Below, one piece after another: positions 1-12,321 of a DNA stretch of 57,153 nucleotides (within the stretch, counting starts at the first letter, position 1; every line of letters starts with the position of its first letter). The notes under the pieces were generated by a model, which saw only the letters and a program-made list of their open reading frames with translations, did not search any database and was not told the DNA's origin. The translations under genes and the position numbers were made by a program. The stretch is taken from the NCBI GenBank assembly GCA_003344405.1, contig NOWV01000159.1, positions 124,001 through 181,153 of the forward strand, in the 5' to 3' direction. Source of the stretch: Trichoplax sp. H2. Its lineage: Eukaryota.

Positions 1-263
1 TACTGTAATGCAGCAATAGCAATGTGTGTAAGGTGTAGACTACACGCGAAGTAAAACCTAACGAGAGAGTTATCTAATCTTATGAATTACTTCTTCTTGA
101 CTTTCTGACTTATTATAAATTACTGTATTTATCGGTTTCACTTGCGTCTACTCGTGCATATTAACCTTTAATAAGAGTGTACAATTTTACTGTCCTAGCG
201 CAAAGAGGAACCGAAAAAGAAAATTGTGCAGCATACTGGTGATGTACTGGTGTTACACTGTAC

Positions 264-339
264 CTTTAATTTCGACCTCATCTTCGTTAGTGGCGTTATC
301 TAGGGAATCCAACAACCTATGGTCGATATTGTGTTCCAT
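264..339 (-). CDS. Possible first coding exon of a gene running off the left edge (MEHNIDHRLLDSLDNATNEDEVEIK...)
   Basis: ATG at 339, 25 open codons, then an AAAG|GTACAG donor. A phase-compatible acceptor at 58/57 continues open to base 1. Divergent from TMEM258 across a TACAG-rich block. No family recognised. Confidence 0.3.
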
Positions 340-494
340 ATTTGTGATGAACTGGATTGTAAAAGTTTTACTGCAAAATTATTCACATTTGTATTTCAAG
401 TAAGATTATTGTTTTAATTTTACTTTAGTTTATTTTATTTTTTATTTTCCCATCTTTCGAGATTTACTGGAATGGCATAACATCAGTATTCAGT

Positions 495-1070
495 ATACAG
501 TACTGTACAGTACAGTACAGTACAGTGCAGACTTTTCGATCTTTTTTATTATTAAATTATTATTATTACAGTATGATCCGATGACTGCGCTGGTGCTACA
601 GTACCGTGTTAAATGTACTGTACTGTACTGTACAAACTCGCCACGCCTGAGAACCTCTAATTTGTATGGTGGTCTCTAGTGTCCTGTACACTAGAGACCC
701 TTAGTACAGTACTGTACAGTACAGTATACTGTAGTACATTACGTATCGGAATTTCAGTGCAGTAAACCGTTCTGTAAAAACGTGTCACTGGATCAGGTTC
801 CGGTAAATTTCGCGGTTTAATCTTAAACTGTACTAGTTAGTCTAGAAATAACCGGACCCGCTGTCCAGTAAAAAGGCCAATTTTTTAACTTTTCTCCGGT
901 ATATTCTGAAGCCGGGGTTGGTTGAGGAGTCCCTGCAGCTTTCGTGATATCCGTGTTGATACGGCTTGGCCTACTGTACTGTACAGTACAATTCGAGCAA
1001 GTGAGCATACTGTAGTGAGTAGATACTGTACAATACTGTACACTGTACAGGACAGTACTGTACATGTAGT
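495..1070. repeat. (TACAG)n/(CTGTA)n pentanucleotide clusters upstream of TMEM258
   Basis: Arrays at ~495-530, 598-633, 703-737 and 972-1070, in both orientations, joined through AGTACT/TGTACA palindromes. Confidence 0.9.
671..699. repeat. Perfect 12-bp inverted repeat (hairpin)
   Basis: GGTCTCTAGTGT (671-682), 5-nt loop CCTGT, ACACTAGAGACC (688-699). Confidence 0.9.
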
Positions 1071-1211
1071 ACTCTAGATCCCTCGCTCGTGTACATTACG
1101 CGTAAATACTGCTGAGAACTAGAATTTAAACGGTCGCCATCCTTATTACATGAACAAGAAAATCAACTAATATCTATACATCTCTTTCCGTCCCTAAAAA
1201 CTAACATCATC

Positions 1212-1879
1212 ATGGTGAGCTTGTCAGCTTGTTATCTAGCGTATATTATATATCTATATCTACATACCGCATTTGTACTTTAAGATGCTTTGTGCTGTGG
1301 ATTGAGCTACAGTTTAACTTAACTGAACACTGCAAGTGCACATGTAAAATTTTCCTCATGCTTTCTATTTTATACGTACACTCAGGATACTGCGAATACG
1401 ATGATAAGATATGTCAGTCCTATTAATCCAGCATCATTTCCTTCGCTCAGCATTTTACTTCTGGCTATTGGAATATTCTTCATGTCATGGTTTATTGTGT
1501 ATCTTTCATTTTCCTGTCGATTTTATTTAAGCCTTTTATTCTTTATTCATGAGACTTACGAATCAGCTTCAAATGATTGATAACTTGTAGAAAATGAAGA
1601 CGCTATGGCTTCGTCAGATGTTTTACGATACTGTACTGTACCATGACTTTTTTTATCATTTACGTAAATTAGTAAAAGCTTTCTTAATTTATTAATACAC
1701 AAGTTCGAGTTCGAGTTTGATATTTCTTGACTATGTTTTATATCATCATCAGATATGAGGTCACTTCTAACAGGTTCACTAGAAATCTCAAGAAAGAGCT
1801 ATTGGTTTCCTTCTTTGCTTCCCTTTTCTTAGGTTTTGGGGTTCTTTTCTTGGTTTTATGGGTTGGACTGTATGTATGA
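1212..1879 (+). CDS. TMEM258: Transmembrane protein 258 (OST5-like oligosaccharyltransferase subunit), 80 aa
   Basis: Exons 1212-1214 (ATG only), 1386-1498 and 1753-1879 give [80 protein letters not shown]. This matches human TMEM258 motifs RYTSPVNP...YEVTS...[20 protein letters not shown]. Confidence 0.96.
1499..1752 (+). other. Probable U12-type (minor spliceosome) GT-AG intron in TMEM258
   Basis: Donor GTATCTTT (U12 consensus RTATCCTT). Branch-like TTTCTTGAC at 1723-1731 (consensus TTCCTTRAC), ~20 nt before the AG. Weak polypyrimidine tract. Confidence 0.65.
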
Positions 1880-2280
1880 AAGCAATTCCTATTCGGATGG
1901 TACTTACTCTTAGTCAACAAGATATTGTTCAGAAAAGGAATTCTACAGAGAATCCAAGTAGAGCTGTATTAAAACTAACTTCGTTAAATTAGTGTTACAG
2001 TCCTATTAGCTAAAAACCAATTATATCTGAATGATGATTCGATTAATACTGAATGCGTAAACGTTGTTCCGCCGTTACTTGCACAGTAACGCGTAAATGT
2101 AAAGTTTCTATCTATTAGAAAATTGCTAGTCATTGTTAGCAATCAATTACCTACAATATGAAATAGCGATTTCTGGTGTGAGATTTCGCATATTATCAAT
2201 TGTATCTTAAGAAAATAAAACTAATGCTCGATAACTAGAAGTCCGTCAACGACACAAAGGTTACTAGCTCTGCCAACTTA

Positions 2281-5200
2281 CCGCAACACTTCCTGGTGGG
2301 TGAAAAGTCAGTTTTTCTGCTAATTCGTGCATACTAATACAGTATTGCGTACAATTACGTGAGCTTCTGGTATTTTAACCTACCATAATCAGGTTAGCAT
2401 ACATGTTATAATTTACAAGATATTGCATAAGTTTACATGCTTATTAAATATTAATTGCCATAATTTCGTTGATGGCGTTAATTACTCTACAAGATAACTG
2501 ACTGGCCTATCGACATTTATATCAGACCTTTTGAATTCATACCAGATATCTCACGAATAGTTGAACATACTCTCATGTACAGTAAAGAATTTAGAGATGA
2601 ATCAGAGACTGATCCCTTACCAATTCAGCAATCATCTCTTTTAAACACTACTGTTGCCCAAAACAGTAAACTGTATTTTATGTTATTATAGCGCCAATCC
2701 TATATCTCTGCATTGTTATTAAGTACTAGTTGATTCCTCGCTCGTTTTACTTCACGTGCTACACTGTACCAACTGTACTGTACTTATACCTTTTGCTTTG
2801 CAGGTTATCACTAACTCACTGCACTGTAATGAAATGATACAGTATTTATAATTAATTAAGAATTGAAATTGCAGATTTAAATGTACGCATAGTATAGAAT
2901 CATAGTAGAACAGCGCAGTATGTTTGAGTAAATATGTATATCGTGATCTGTAAAATTAACAAAAACAGTTATAGCTTAGCTTGTTCATTAACCCTTAATA
3001 AGGAACAATATTTGCTATTTTTGAAGAAGGCTAGTAGATAAAATAAAGATTCCATACGCGGTTTTCTTGCTTCTATTCGAAGTCTAAAGATCAATTGTAA
3101 TGCTGACAAATGCTAGTAGTAAGAAGTTCACTATCAAAAAATTGGGCGAAAAACGTTTATTTACAAAATTGATTACAAAGCCATATTCATGATACCACAC
3201 TAGATCAAACAAGGGTTATTTTCTTACTCCACTTGCGGAATCGTTATGGCATTAAATTTCTCTGCTACGAGGCTAATTTATCTCTGTGTCATCTCCTAAC
3301 TCCAATCGTAAATATGAGTAAATGCTATCTACCCTGAACTATCTTATCTTCGTCTCCATCTAAATCGCACATCACTTCACCAATATTGTTAAGTCTTTTC
3401 ATGGTTCTGATCTTGTGCCATTAATTAGATCATATACGCTTAATTATCTTTACTTGAAATCAGGATGCACCTTAGTAACTAAATCAAGCTACTATGAATG
3501 ATTGCGATATCAACTAGGTTCATACTCACTGGCATTAAAGACTGTCTAATTCTACAATAAAAGTAAACGTTGCTCTTATGGATATAATTTTATAGTTTTT
3601 TATAGTTTTTCTCTTGTGAAATTCGCAAATTATGCATGTCGAAGTAATGAATTTCAAGGTTAATGGAGTGACGACTTATAATTAGTTGTTATACTCTAAC
3701 TCGAAATCCGCTTCTAAGTGTACACGAATTATAAATCGAATTGTATTTATTACCCTCCTATACTTACATATTGGTTGGGATGATCGAAGTCTATCATGAA
3801 GCAGCTGATTCAAATTCATACTATAATTTAGCAAGGAATTAAGTGCAACGTTCAATCCACACTTACAGCTTCAATTAAAACTGATACAAGACAATCAATA
3901 AAAATAACTTTCCTTAGCAAACATATAAATACTCAATAGTATTTATAGTACTACACAACTTCATTTCGACAATCTTCCAAATCTTATCTTGAAAGATTAA
4001 TATGAATAATTAATTAATGAATGTACCACCTGGAATTAACTTAAATCTATAAATTTGTATTTAATGTAAAAAGAGTAAAAATGCAAATTAAATTATTATA
4101 ATAAGCAATCTCATGGGTTAAATCATGTTCACAAAATTTTTATAGTTTTGTCACGGTACGAACTAACGTGAAGAAATAGCTATCTAAATTTGGTGAATAT
4201 AATATAGTGATAATATATTACAACTACTTACTTACAATAGGAATTACTCTAATTATAAATGTGTTACAGTAAATTTAATGCGTGCTGTAATGTGCACTGA
4301 AATGATTCTGTGAATGGACCTATTGTAGTCCGACTGTGAAAAATTAGTTAGTAGATGTTCTCACATAAGTATTTTTATAAGATGACTCATGAATGTTAGC
4401 TGCTGTAGAAGGGTATATAAGCCCGTCAGATAGTTGAATAAAGTAGTTCTCAATTATCTAGTTAAGTTTAACGTAGAAGCAAAGGCGTCTAAATTCTTGT
4501 GAGGTAGTTAAGGGATACTGAATCCCGGAGACTGTAGTAATTTAGAGATTTGTTTTACGTTATCCTTGTCACGAAGCTGGTTTGTGACAAGTTTACAACC
4601 AGATTTTGATAAGTAATCACACATAATCGATCGCTTTAATTAAGGAATAATTAATTTCCCGTCCCGAATCACCTTATGCCATTATTTAAAGGTCGATTTT
4701 ACAGTTCTGCATTATCGCCAAAATTCCATCGACAATGATTATTCATGTTACGTACACTGTTACACTCTACCATACCAGCATGAAAACGATATGAGATTCA
4801 GCCTCTACTAGCTTAGGTCAACTACAGTCCTATATATATATACACTACAGTATGCATAGTATTCTATATTAATAGACTTTTAATTAATATGCAGTGCTCT
4901 ATTTAACTGCACATTCTGTATGTGTATTGTAATCTCTATGGAACTCTACAGAATTATGGTAAACTGTTACGCGAACTGTATTTGTAAGCCTATTATAATC
5001 TATGGGATTAGATTGCAATCATTGATAAAAGTGGTGCGAGTTATTTCAGGACTTTTACATAAGCTGGATATGTACCAATATCACTGAAAGGTATAAGTGG
5101 ACTGTGTAAGAATTCAATTTGAGACCTACAATAATTAATTGTTAGCCATTGCTTCAGGCAGTATAATAAGTTTCCCAAGAATATAAATGATAAATTAATT

Positions 5201-6366
5201 ATTAACCGTGCATATGCTAAAAGTAAGGTGGGTAGTAGGCAGCGTTGTTAATAATATAATGTTATAAAATAGGGCAATCGCATGTCAGCCTTGGGAGATT
5301 AGCAATCACATTCGTATGATATTGATTCGTAACATGAATCGTTCTATATATAAGTCTACCGGGTAAATCAAGAAGGAATTTCGGTACTCGCAGCAGAGAC
5401 TACAACAGAATCGTTTATATTAGTACATACAGATTATGAAGAGATTTTGAGATAAGATTATTCCATCAAATAGTTAAACTACGCATATTCTGATAGTTCA
5501 CTCAGAATGCCTTCATAATAACGTGATGTCATAATTTAATAATACTAGTGCAAACTCCCGTCGCTTTACTGACGGTTTACGATAATGTGCTCATTTAACA
5601 GAGGTTCAGTAACTTTATACCGTGTACTGTGTATAACAATAACCAAACTGTGATTAGTCATACTTTCTTTCATTCGTCTCAGTAGTGAAATTTTCGATTA
5701 CAAAATTTATTTTGTATTCATACGCGTAATATCTACTAAGAAAGTAAGTATTAGGCATTTCTTGATAAAAGACTGGTCGCTCAAATAAATATATATAATT
5801 AATAGTAACAATTAAAGTTAAGATTAGCACTCTTAAGTGTGGCCAAAATAGTTATTAATTTGTTTTTGAATTCGAAGAGCTAAGAAGTTTTTGTGATTTT
5901 CCTTCTTTCTTTTTTAGTGTTAGTGGTAAGTTACAGATTTTTCAGGATATCAATCAAATAATTATTCAATAAACTAGTTACCAAATTGGTCATCAGATTT
6001 GCTTAAAATACGTCAGAAATTTGTACACATATTAGGTGTATAAGATTTAAAAAAACAATTAAACTGAGTATAGATGGTGGTTGCAATTACATTGATTACA
6101 ATAAGTAGAATGAGAAGAAATATCTAGATTGGATCACCAAGACTGTTCTTAGTTTGTCATATTCAGTTGATATTTTTCGACACGTTGAATTATGATTCTA
6201 TTGCCATAGTTATATTTGGAAAGTCAGAAATGGTAATAGTGCCATATATGTCACTTTATCAATTTTCAGGTCCTGTGACTAAAAGATGATACGGTTAGTT
6301 GTAGTGATCTACACTGAAAAGAGGTTTAATTACATAACAAAATTCCTGCGGTATGTTCGAATATTT
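2281..6366 (-). other. Scattered minus-strand exon-like segments (3' part of the EF-hand gene or a separate gene); not assembled
   Basis: Short AG...GT-bounded open segments with good splice sites near 6366, 6197, 5399, 5101-5041 (PLIPFSDIGTYPAYVKVLK*), 3804, 3551, 3262 and 2316. Phases could not be chained unambiguously. Confidence 0.3.
3272..3359 (+). repeat. Dispersed ~85-bp repeat, copy 1
   Basis: GCTAA..TATCTCTGTGTcATCTCCTAACTC...GCTATCT...ATCTTATCTTCGTCTCCAT, shared with 49933-50014 in the same orientation. Confidence 0.85.
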
Positions 6367-6740
6367 CTGTAAAAATGATAGCATTAGTGTGCAAATTTCT
6401 AACGGTATCAAAGGGTTATTAATTAATACAATTGACATATAGAAATTACAAAGTTACTTTTAGTTAATTATGCTCTAATGCTTGAAATATCTAATTGCAA
6501 TGATTTGTTAGCAATCATCATGCATTGAATCCTGTAAAAGTTGTTAAACTACATTAAACCATATAGTTATAACTTTCGTAAATCGTTATAACGATTATTC
6601 TGGTTATACTTTATGTCAGTATCCCTTCCTTTGAACAAGTATGTTTGCAAGTACATTTATACCTCTGATCTTAATTATGGACAGAACCTACAAGTGATAG
6701 TGATTTTTAGATCGCTTATAATTAGGATTGCATTACTTAC

Positions 6741-9700
6741 GATCGCATAAAATAACCCAAGTTTTTCTACGGCGGCCTGTATTGAAACTTTCAGCTTTCT
6801 TTCAGTAATTAAGCATCGCTAAACAGAATTAAGCAATGAACTAAGGCTCAATGCAATATCGTACTTATAGACACATAATTGTCTTTATGACTGATTGTGT
6901 GAAATGCGCTGAAGACAGATAGTCAGCCGACGATTTAGCATTTAAGTAGTATTATTCATTTACTCAGAATGGTAGCGAGTAATTCTGATGTTATAAATCA
7001 ATCAATCAACCGTAACTCACTTCTAAGGTGATTATGGCAACCCTGCCGCTTCCGTTGTCTAAATCTTCATAGATTTTCTGTAAAGTGGACATGTCATTGA
7101 AATCATAAAACACGATACGAATAGTCAAATATTATAGAAGAAATTTACTGTTTTGGAGTATCTGAGTAGCACTTACTCTAAGCGAAGAATTACCTGTATA
7201 TAATACAGTACACTACATGAATAAAGTAGAATCAGCTTAGAATCCCAATATAGCATACTTAAAGATATTATTAACAATTGTTACTCTGCACCGTAAAAGT
7301 GCACACTTATTAACATCCTGACCATCTTGAAGCAATCACATAACTATATATAAGTTCGTAAACTAACTTTGTTCAACTATCGATGTGTCGATGAAATTCA
7401 AATATTCAATACGTGGATTTCGCTAAAAAATGTGTGGTGAGAATATAGTGCATAAAGACTACTGAAATGTTATAATATATTACATAGAGTGATATGAAGC
7501 AGTGAAATGAGAAATTTATACGCTGTTCACCTTACAAACAAATTATTGCAATTAATGTAATGGGTACAAAAATCACGGTTACAATACAATATGCAGTTGA
7601 GTTGAAAATAAGCAAAAATCGAAGATAAAAAAAGGGAGTGTTATTTAGATTTACGTACGATCAATGCTGCATAATTCTCTTTATCCTCAACTTCACAATA
7701 ATCTAAGTTTTCGTAGCACTGCTTTGCCATCGGACTGGAAAACCGCGATTAAACTTTAATATACCACAATATTAATCGAGTACGTCAGTCAGAATAAATA
7801 TCATATACTCGTACCTCATTGCTGCTAGGCAATCGCATAGACACTTAAACGTGTAATACTCCGCAACGCCAAAGAACGTGGTATTGTCCGAAATCCAGTG
7901 AATCTATTGTATTGTAATAGCAGTTTTCAGGACGTATGCGCATAAATATTAAATTATTAAATTAAATTAATTAATTAAACCGTGCTTAATGAGTTATATT
8001 ATAATTACTATTTATACTGTACTGTACGTACTGTATATTTGAACACAGAAAATAAAATTATCGACAGATCATTACTTATAGCAGCGATACGAAATGTTCA
8101 GTGTTAAGTAATACAAATATATCGCTGTGGAATTGCAGTACTGTACTAGACTGAGTAGACCTGCTTACTTTAATACGGCGTAGGCTACGAGTGAGACTCT
8201 TTATGCTAAAAGATATATGTACGTATGCTCATATTTATAAAATCTTATGGTTAAACCTTTTTCAGAAAGTTTCTTTGTTTGGAAGACAGGCTTCTAGGCA
8301 GTATTTTTATAATGTCGTTAAATCCTAGTCTCCTTATTGAGTTGGATAAAGATTTACATGGTAATTAGTAACCTTTTTCATTGATTGCTGTAGGCAACAG
8401 TATACTTCCTAGATACCTACCCGTCTAAATCAGCATCTAAAGATTTAAATTCGTTTATTATCGAACCTAACTTCTCATTATTGATAGTTGGGCTGGAAAT
8501 CTGTGGCTAAATATATATATAGTACGCGAGATGAGTGGAAAGATTACTAATTGCTTAAGGAAATTAATTAAAATATTTGAAGGTAAAAGTTGTCTCAGTT
8601 TTATCGACTATGATTAATCATCACCTATCTCTTACACTCTGCAACCTTTCTAAATAAATAGAAACACCTATAAAGAAATTTTGTAGTTTTATAGCGATGA
8701 ACTTACCTCTAACGGATTCTCAAGTTGAGAAGATTTCGGAGACATACTAGGATTTAAAAAATTACGAATCTATGTGGAAATCTATTCTCTTAAGTATTTA
8801 TCAGTTCCTTTTAGATCATATTATTAAAATTACATAAAGACAACTAGGTATGTCATGGTGCATAGGATAAGTGCAGTAAATATGACATAATGAATTCCAA
8901 TGTAGCAAGCCAACATGCACGAGTAAAAGTTAAATCATAATTTTGCGGAACTTCTTACTTTATATTTTCCGAATTTTTATCTTCTCCTTCTACGTCGTTC
9001 CTATATGCAATTATTTATTTTAGAACATCGCACACAAATGCAGCATACAGATCATAGATTTACTTCTAAGCTACGTAAGCTTATTAATATTTTCGAGAAA
9101 GTTTTACTGCATGTATTAGTCGCTTTTCTACCATTTTAATAAATCCAAAATTAAAAAATTTTAACAACATTTTGCACGATTTCAAAGGTGTTAATCCTAT
9201 ACTAATTTTTATATATAATGCTCGTATATCACACAATCTCTGTACTGAATGACATGGGTCATATACTGCCCATTTTATACTGCTACCGTGAAAAAGAAAT
9301 ACGATATGGGTTAAATGACTAATTTACTGTACACTGTACAGTGTACATGTACAGTATAGTATATTGCCAACCTTTCGATACTGCTGTCTTCCATTATTGG
9401 GCTGTTCGTGGACAGATGCAAAGTAGCAGACACTACTATGGATTGCAATGGCATTTTTACAGTTTCCACAGACCGCACTTCCTTATTGTCCGCAATAGGT
9501 GGTTGAATATACGTCTCACTATCTTTAGCGTTATTTTTCTTCGAGTAATGCTTACGAGGCAGCCTGCTATACATTCGTTTACCAAATCGCTGACTTTTGG
9601 ACTTGTCGTCAATTGCCTATAATCAAGTACTATGAGATGGGAAAATAGAATCACGCAAAACAGATTTGTATAAGCCTTCATACCGTTTTCCTTGGTGATT

Positions 9701-11425
9701 TAATAGATTGCAGAGGTGTTAGTTGCTTGTGTTCCGGCAGGTACTTAGAACTAAAATTTTTGAATTTAGTCAATATGATAAATAATACTCAGAAACGACA
9801 TCAATAAACAAATATAAATTGTTGGGAAGGTCATGCTTAAAAGATAACCATTATATTCAGTTGATCTATTCTTTTTGTAGCAACGACTTCACGAAAAATT
9901 TTTATAAAAAATAATTTCTTTTTTGAGAAGTCCCTATCTGCAGTTAAACTAGAAGCTACGTAAAACAGGTGTGACATACTTGAACCCTTTTCCTAAATAC
10001 ATATCTTTCGCTATATCGCATAATTCTATAGGAAATTTCGTCAGTCTTCTGCGGCCGAAATTACTTGCGAATGAAATCTCTCTAAATTTTGTAGTTTGAA
10101 ATCATGATGTATTGTAAGCATGCTTGTAAGCTGTTTTAATCGTAAAAATCATCATCTAATTATATTGTTAGCGGCAGCTAATATTGCTAACCTATTCAAT
10201 AGTTTCGCTGGTGTAACTCTCAATCTAATATCTTCACTGCTAGGCCAGCTATAAGTTGATGGATTCTTCAGATGATGAAGTTTTATTTGTAAAAGTTGAG
10301 AAGAAGCGCATGTACAGCATATCAATGCCTCTAGTATACAGTAGCTATGAGATCTCTTGTTAAAAAACTTATTTCTTATGAAATAATAACCTGTAAGGAT
10401 GTGATAATTTTCTTATTTCGTAATTGCTCTTTCGTTATTTGGTGTTGTGAAATACTAGACAAAAAAACAAATACGTTCATTGCCTACAAGGGTAAGAAAA
10501 CGAATTTGGATTCTAGAATTGTTATTAATCAGCCACATTGTTAAATTTTTTACTTAATTGTTTGTTAAAAATGAATCACGAGAACGCAATTCTTTAACTA
10601 CGCTATTACATTAGGATTTTATCCGTTGCAGATCATATATAGTGTAATTTACAGCATCTCTACCTTTATCCGTATCACGGGTTATTGAAAGCACAGTCAT
10701 TTATTCTACAGCATCAATCGAGATATCAACTTTATGTTAGAAACTATAACACACATTCGTACTGTACTTACTGCAGAAACTGGAATACTAGACCAAGCGA
10801 TGCACCCTGTTTACTGTGTTTATAGGTACTAGTTATTAAATGTAATACGTAACACTCATTGAAGCACTAACTAGTTACTCTTGCACTACTAGTATTGATA
10901 ACGCAGAGAAAATACAGTACAGTATTAAATGCCTAAGTTACGGTATTACAATATCGGCGATGAAATGACAAAATCTACAATGCTCGTCAGTTAATGCACC
11001 TAAGTAATTCTGTTTCAAGATGTGTTAATATTCTTGAAGATTTCAGTGATGGACGTAAACGTAGGTACAGTTATGTTTTTACATACGAAAATTAGTTAAA
11101 GAAATACATAAATTTCGTACTGTACTTAATAGAATAGACGCAAAAACTTTTAAATTTGTAAAAAATCACACAATTTTCACAGGCTGAAGTACATAGCCAT
11201 GCTGCTGTACCTGTTTAAGGATAGGAAAGGACTGTTACAGGCTTTATATTCCCACTGGTTCATTGAGAAAAGATAAATGAATTGAGGTTGTACCATAGGT
11301 CAATAAATCTACGTATATTCAATATCTTTGACATACCATAAACTTAGTTCTATGCAATGGCATAATTTCGCAGTTCTTAGATATGTCTTCCGCTTTTTCA
11401 TGTTTTGGATTAATTTTCTCTATCG
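6741..11425 (-). CDS. Uncharacterised EF-hand-containing protein (partial model, 15 exons, ~409 codons)
   Basis: Phase-compatible GT-AG exons: 11425-11337, 11254-11211, 10454-10391, 10265-10192, 10081-9980, 9750-9684, 9616-9372, 9000-8959, 8746-8707, 8506-8421, 8332-8257, 7903-7815, 7734-7659, 7077-7021, 6818-6741. The translation contains an EF-hand IINEFKSL-DADLDGRLGFND-IIKIL and a degenerate second loop IYEDLDNGSGRVAIITLE. The four 5'-most exons are less certain than the rest. Confidence 0.78.
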
Positions 11426-12321
11426 CTTTAGGTGTAAAGTATGTGCTAAATCGATCACATCAACATTTATAGCAGATTTAATTGAATTTTGTTAGCTTTC
11501 ACAGTATCTTTAGGTGCTTTAATAAATTATAATGTAGTTTGAAAGATTAAGAAGGTACGACAGTAGTTGTAAGTTCTCCGTCATATTTCGTGTACAGTGT
11601 TCTGTTCTTCTGATCAATGATGATTGGGGCCGCTAACACCATTGAATGTTCCCCGGGACTACTTAATCGATCGCAACTCATAAAGAAAGGTTTTGCTTTG
11701 CTAATTTTCATGCTTATCAGCTGTCCCATCTATTTTCACCGAGAAAAAGTAATTGCTCTACTGTAGAATTACTTAAATACATTAATACTTAAATTCTTTC
11801 TCAGTTGTTACTTTCTCTCCTATGCACAGTAATGTTGCGTCTCGAGCTCATGAAGATTATTAATTAATAATAGCTAAGCAACGAAAAAAGAAGTTTTATT
11901 AATAAGGTAAATGTGGGCGTTATTATTTAGCACCCCAGGTTAGTTCGCAACGGAATATACTAACTGTAGAGAGTAGTGTAAAATAAATTGATAAGAGCAA
12001 GATCGAAGCTTGACATTCATATAACCGACACTAAATGGTTAGTGATACTTCGTGTATAGAAAATCTCCACTGCTGTTTAGGATCATTTAAGTGTATATCA
12101 TACTACGTAAAGTATCAGTTAGATAACTTAGATTAGCTGAACCCGAACCATCGCTCTTTGGTTTGATTATTTGCATACTTATAATTCCGTAGTGTCAATA
12201 ATTAATTAAATGATATTTCGATGTTGATAGTGCTTAGGTAAATTGTACTACATTCTAACAGTTTATTATTCACATAAGTCGTATGTATTATAAGTAAAGA
12301 TATATAAGTAAGTGTAACTAC

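Noticed and set aside
823-1065. ORF-track peptides rich in YSTVQYCTV (also 14573-14836, 15488-15673, 20706-20912)
   Set aside because: These are translations of the TACAG/CTGTA microsatellite, which lacks stop codons; they are not real proteins.
1738-1920. Antisense ORFs over real exons (also 18868-19077, 19170-19370, 21240-21431, 40596-40796, 45989-46319, 47170-47451)
   Set aside because: Shadow ORFs opposite confidently identified coding exons.
7028-7041. X-box-like GTGATTATGGCAAC
   Set aside because: Poor left half-site and located inside a coding exon of the EF-hand gene.
9575-9600. SQRFGKR on the minus strand, resembling an RFamide neuropeptide processing site
   Set aside because: Single copy inside an internal exon of the EF-hand protein, with no signal peptide or repeated peptides seen.
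9980-10081. LTKFPIELCDI resembling a leucine-rich repeat
   Set aside because: Isolated; no LxxLxLxxN repeats in neighbouring exons.
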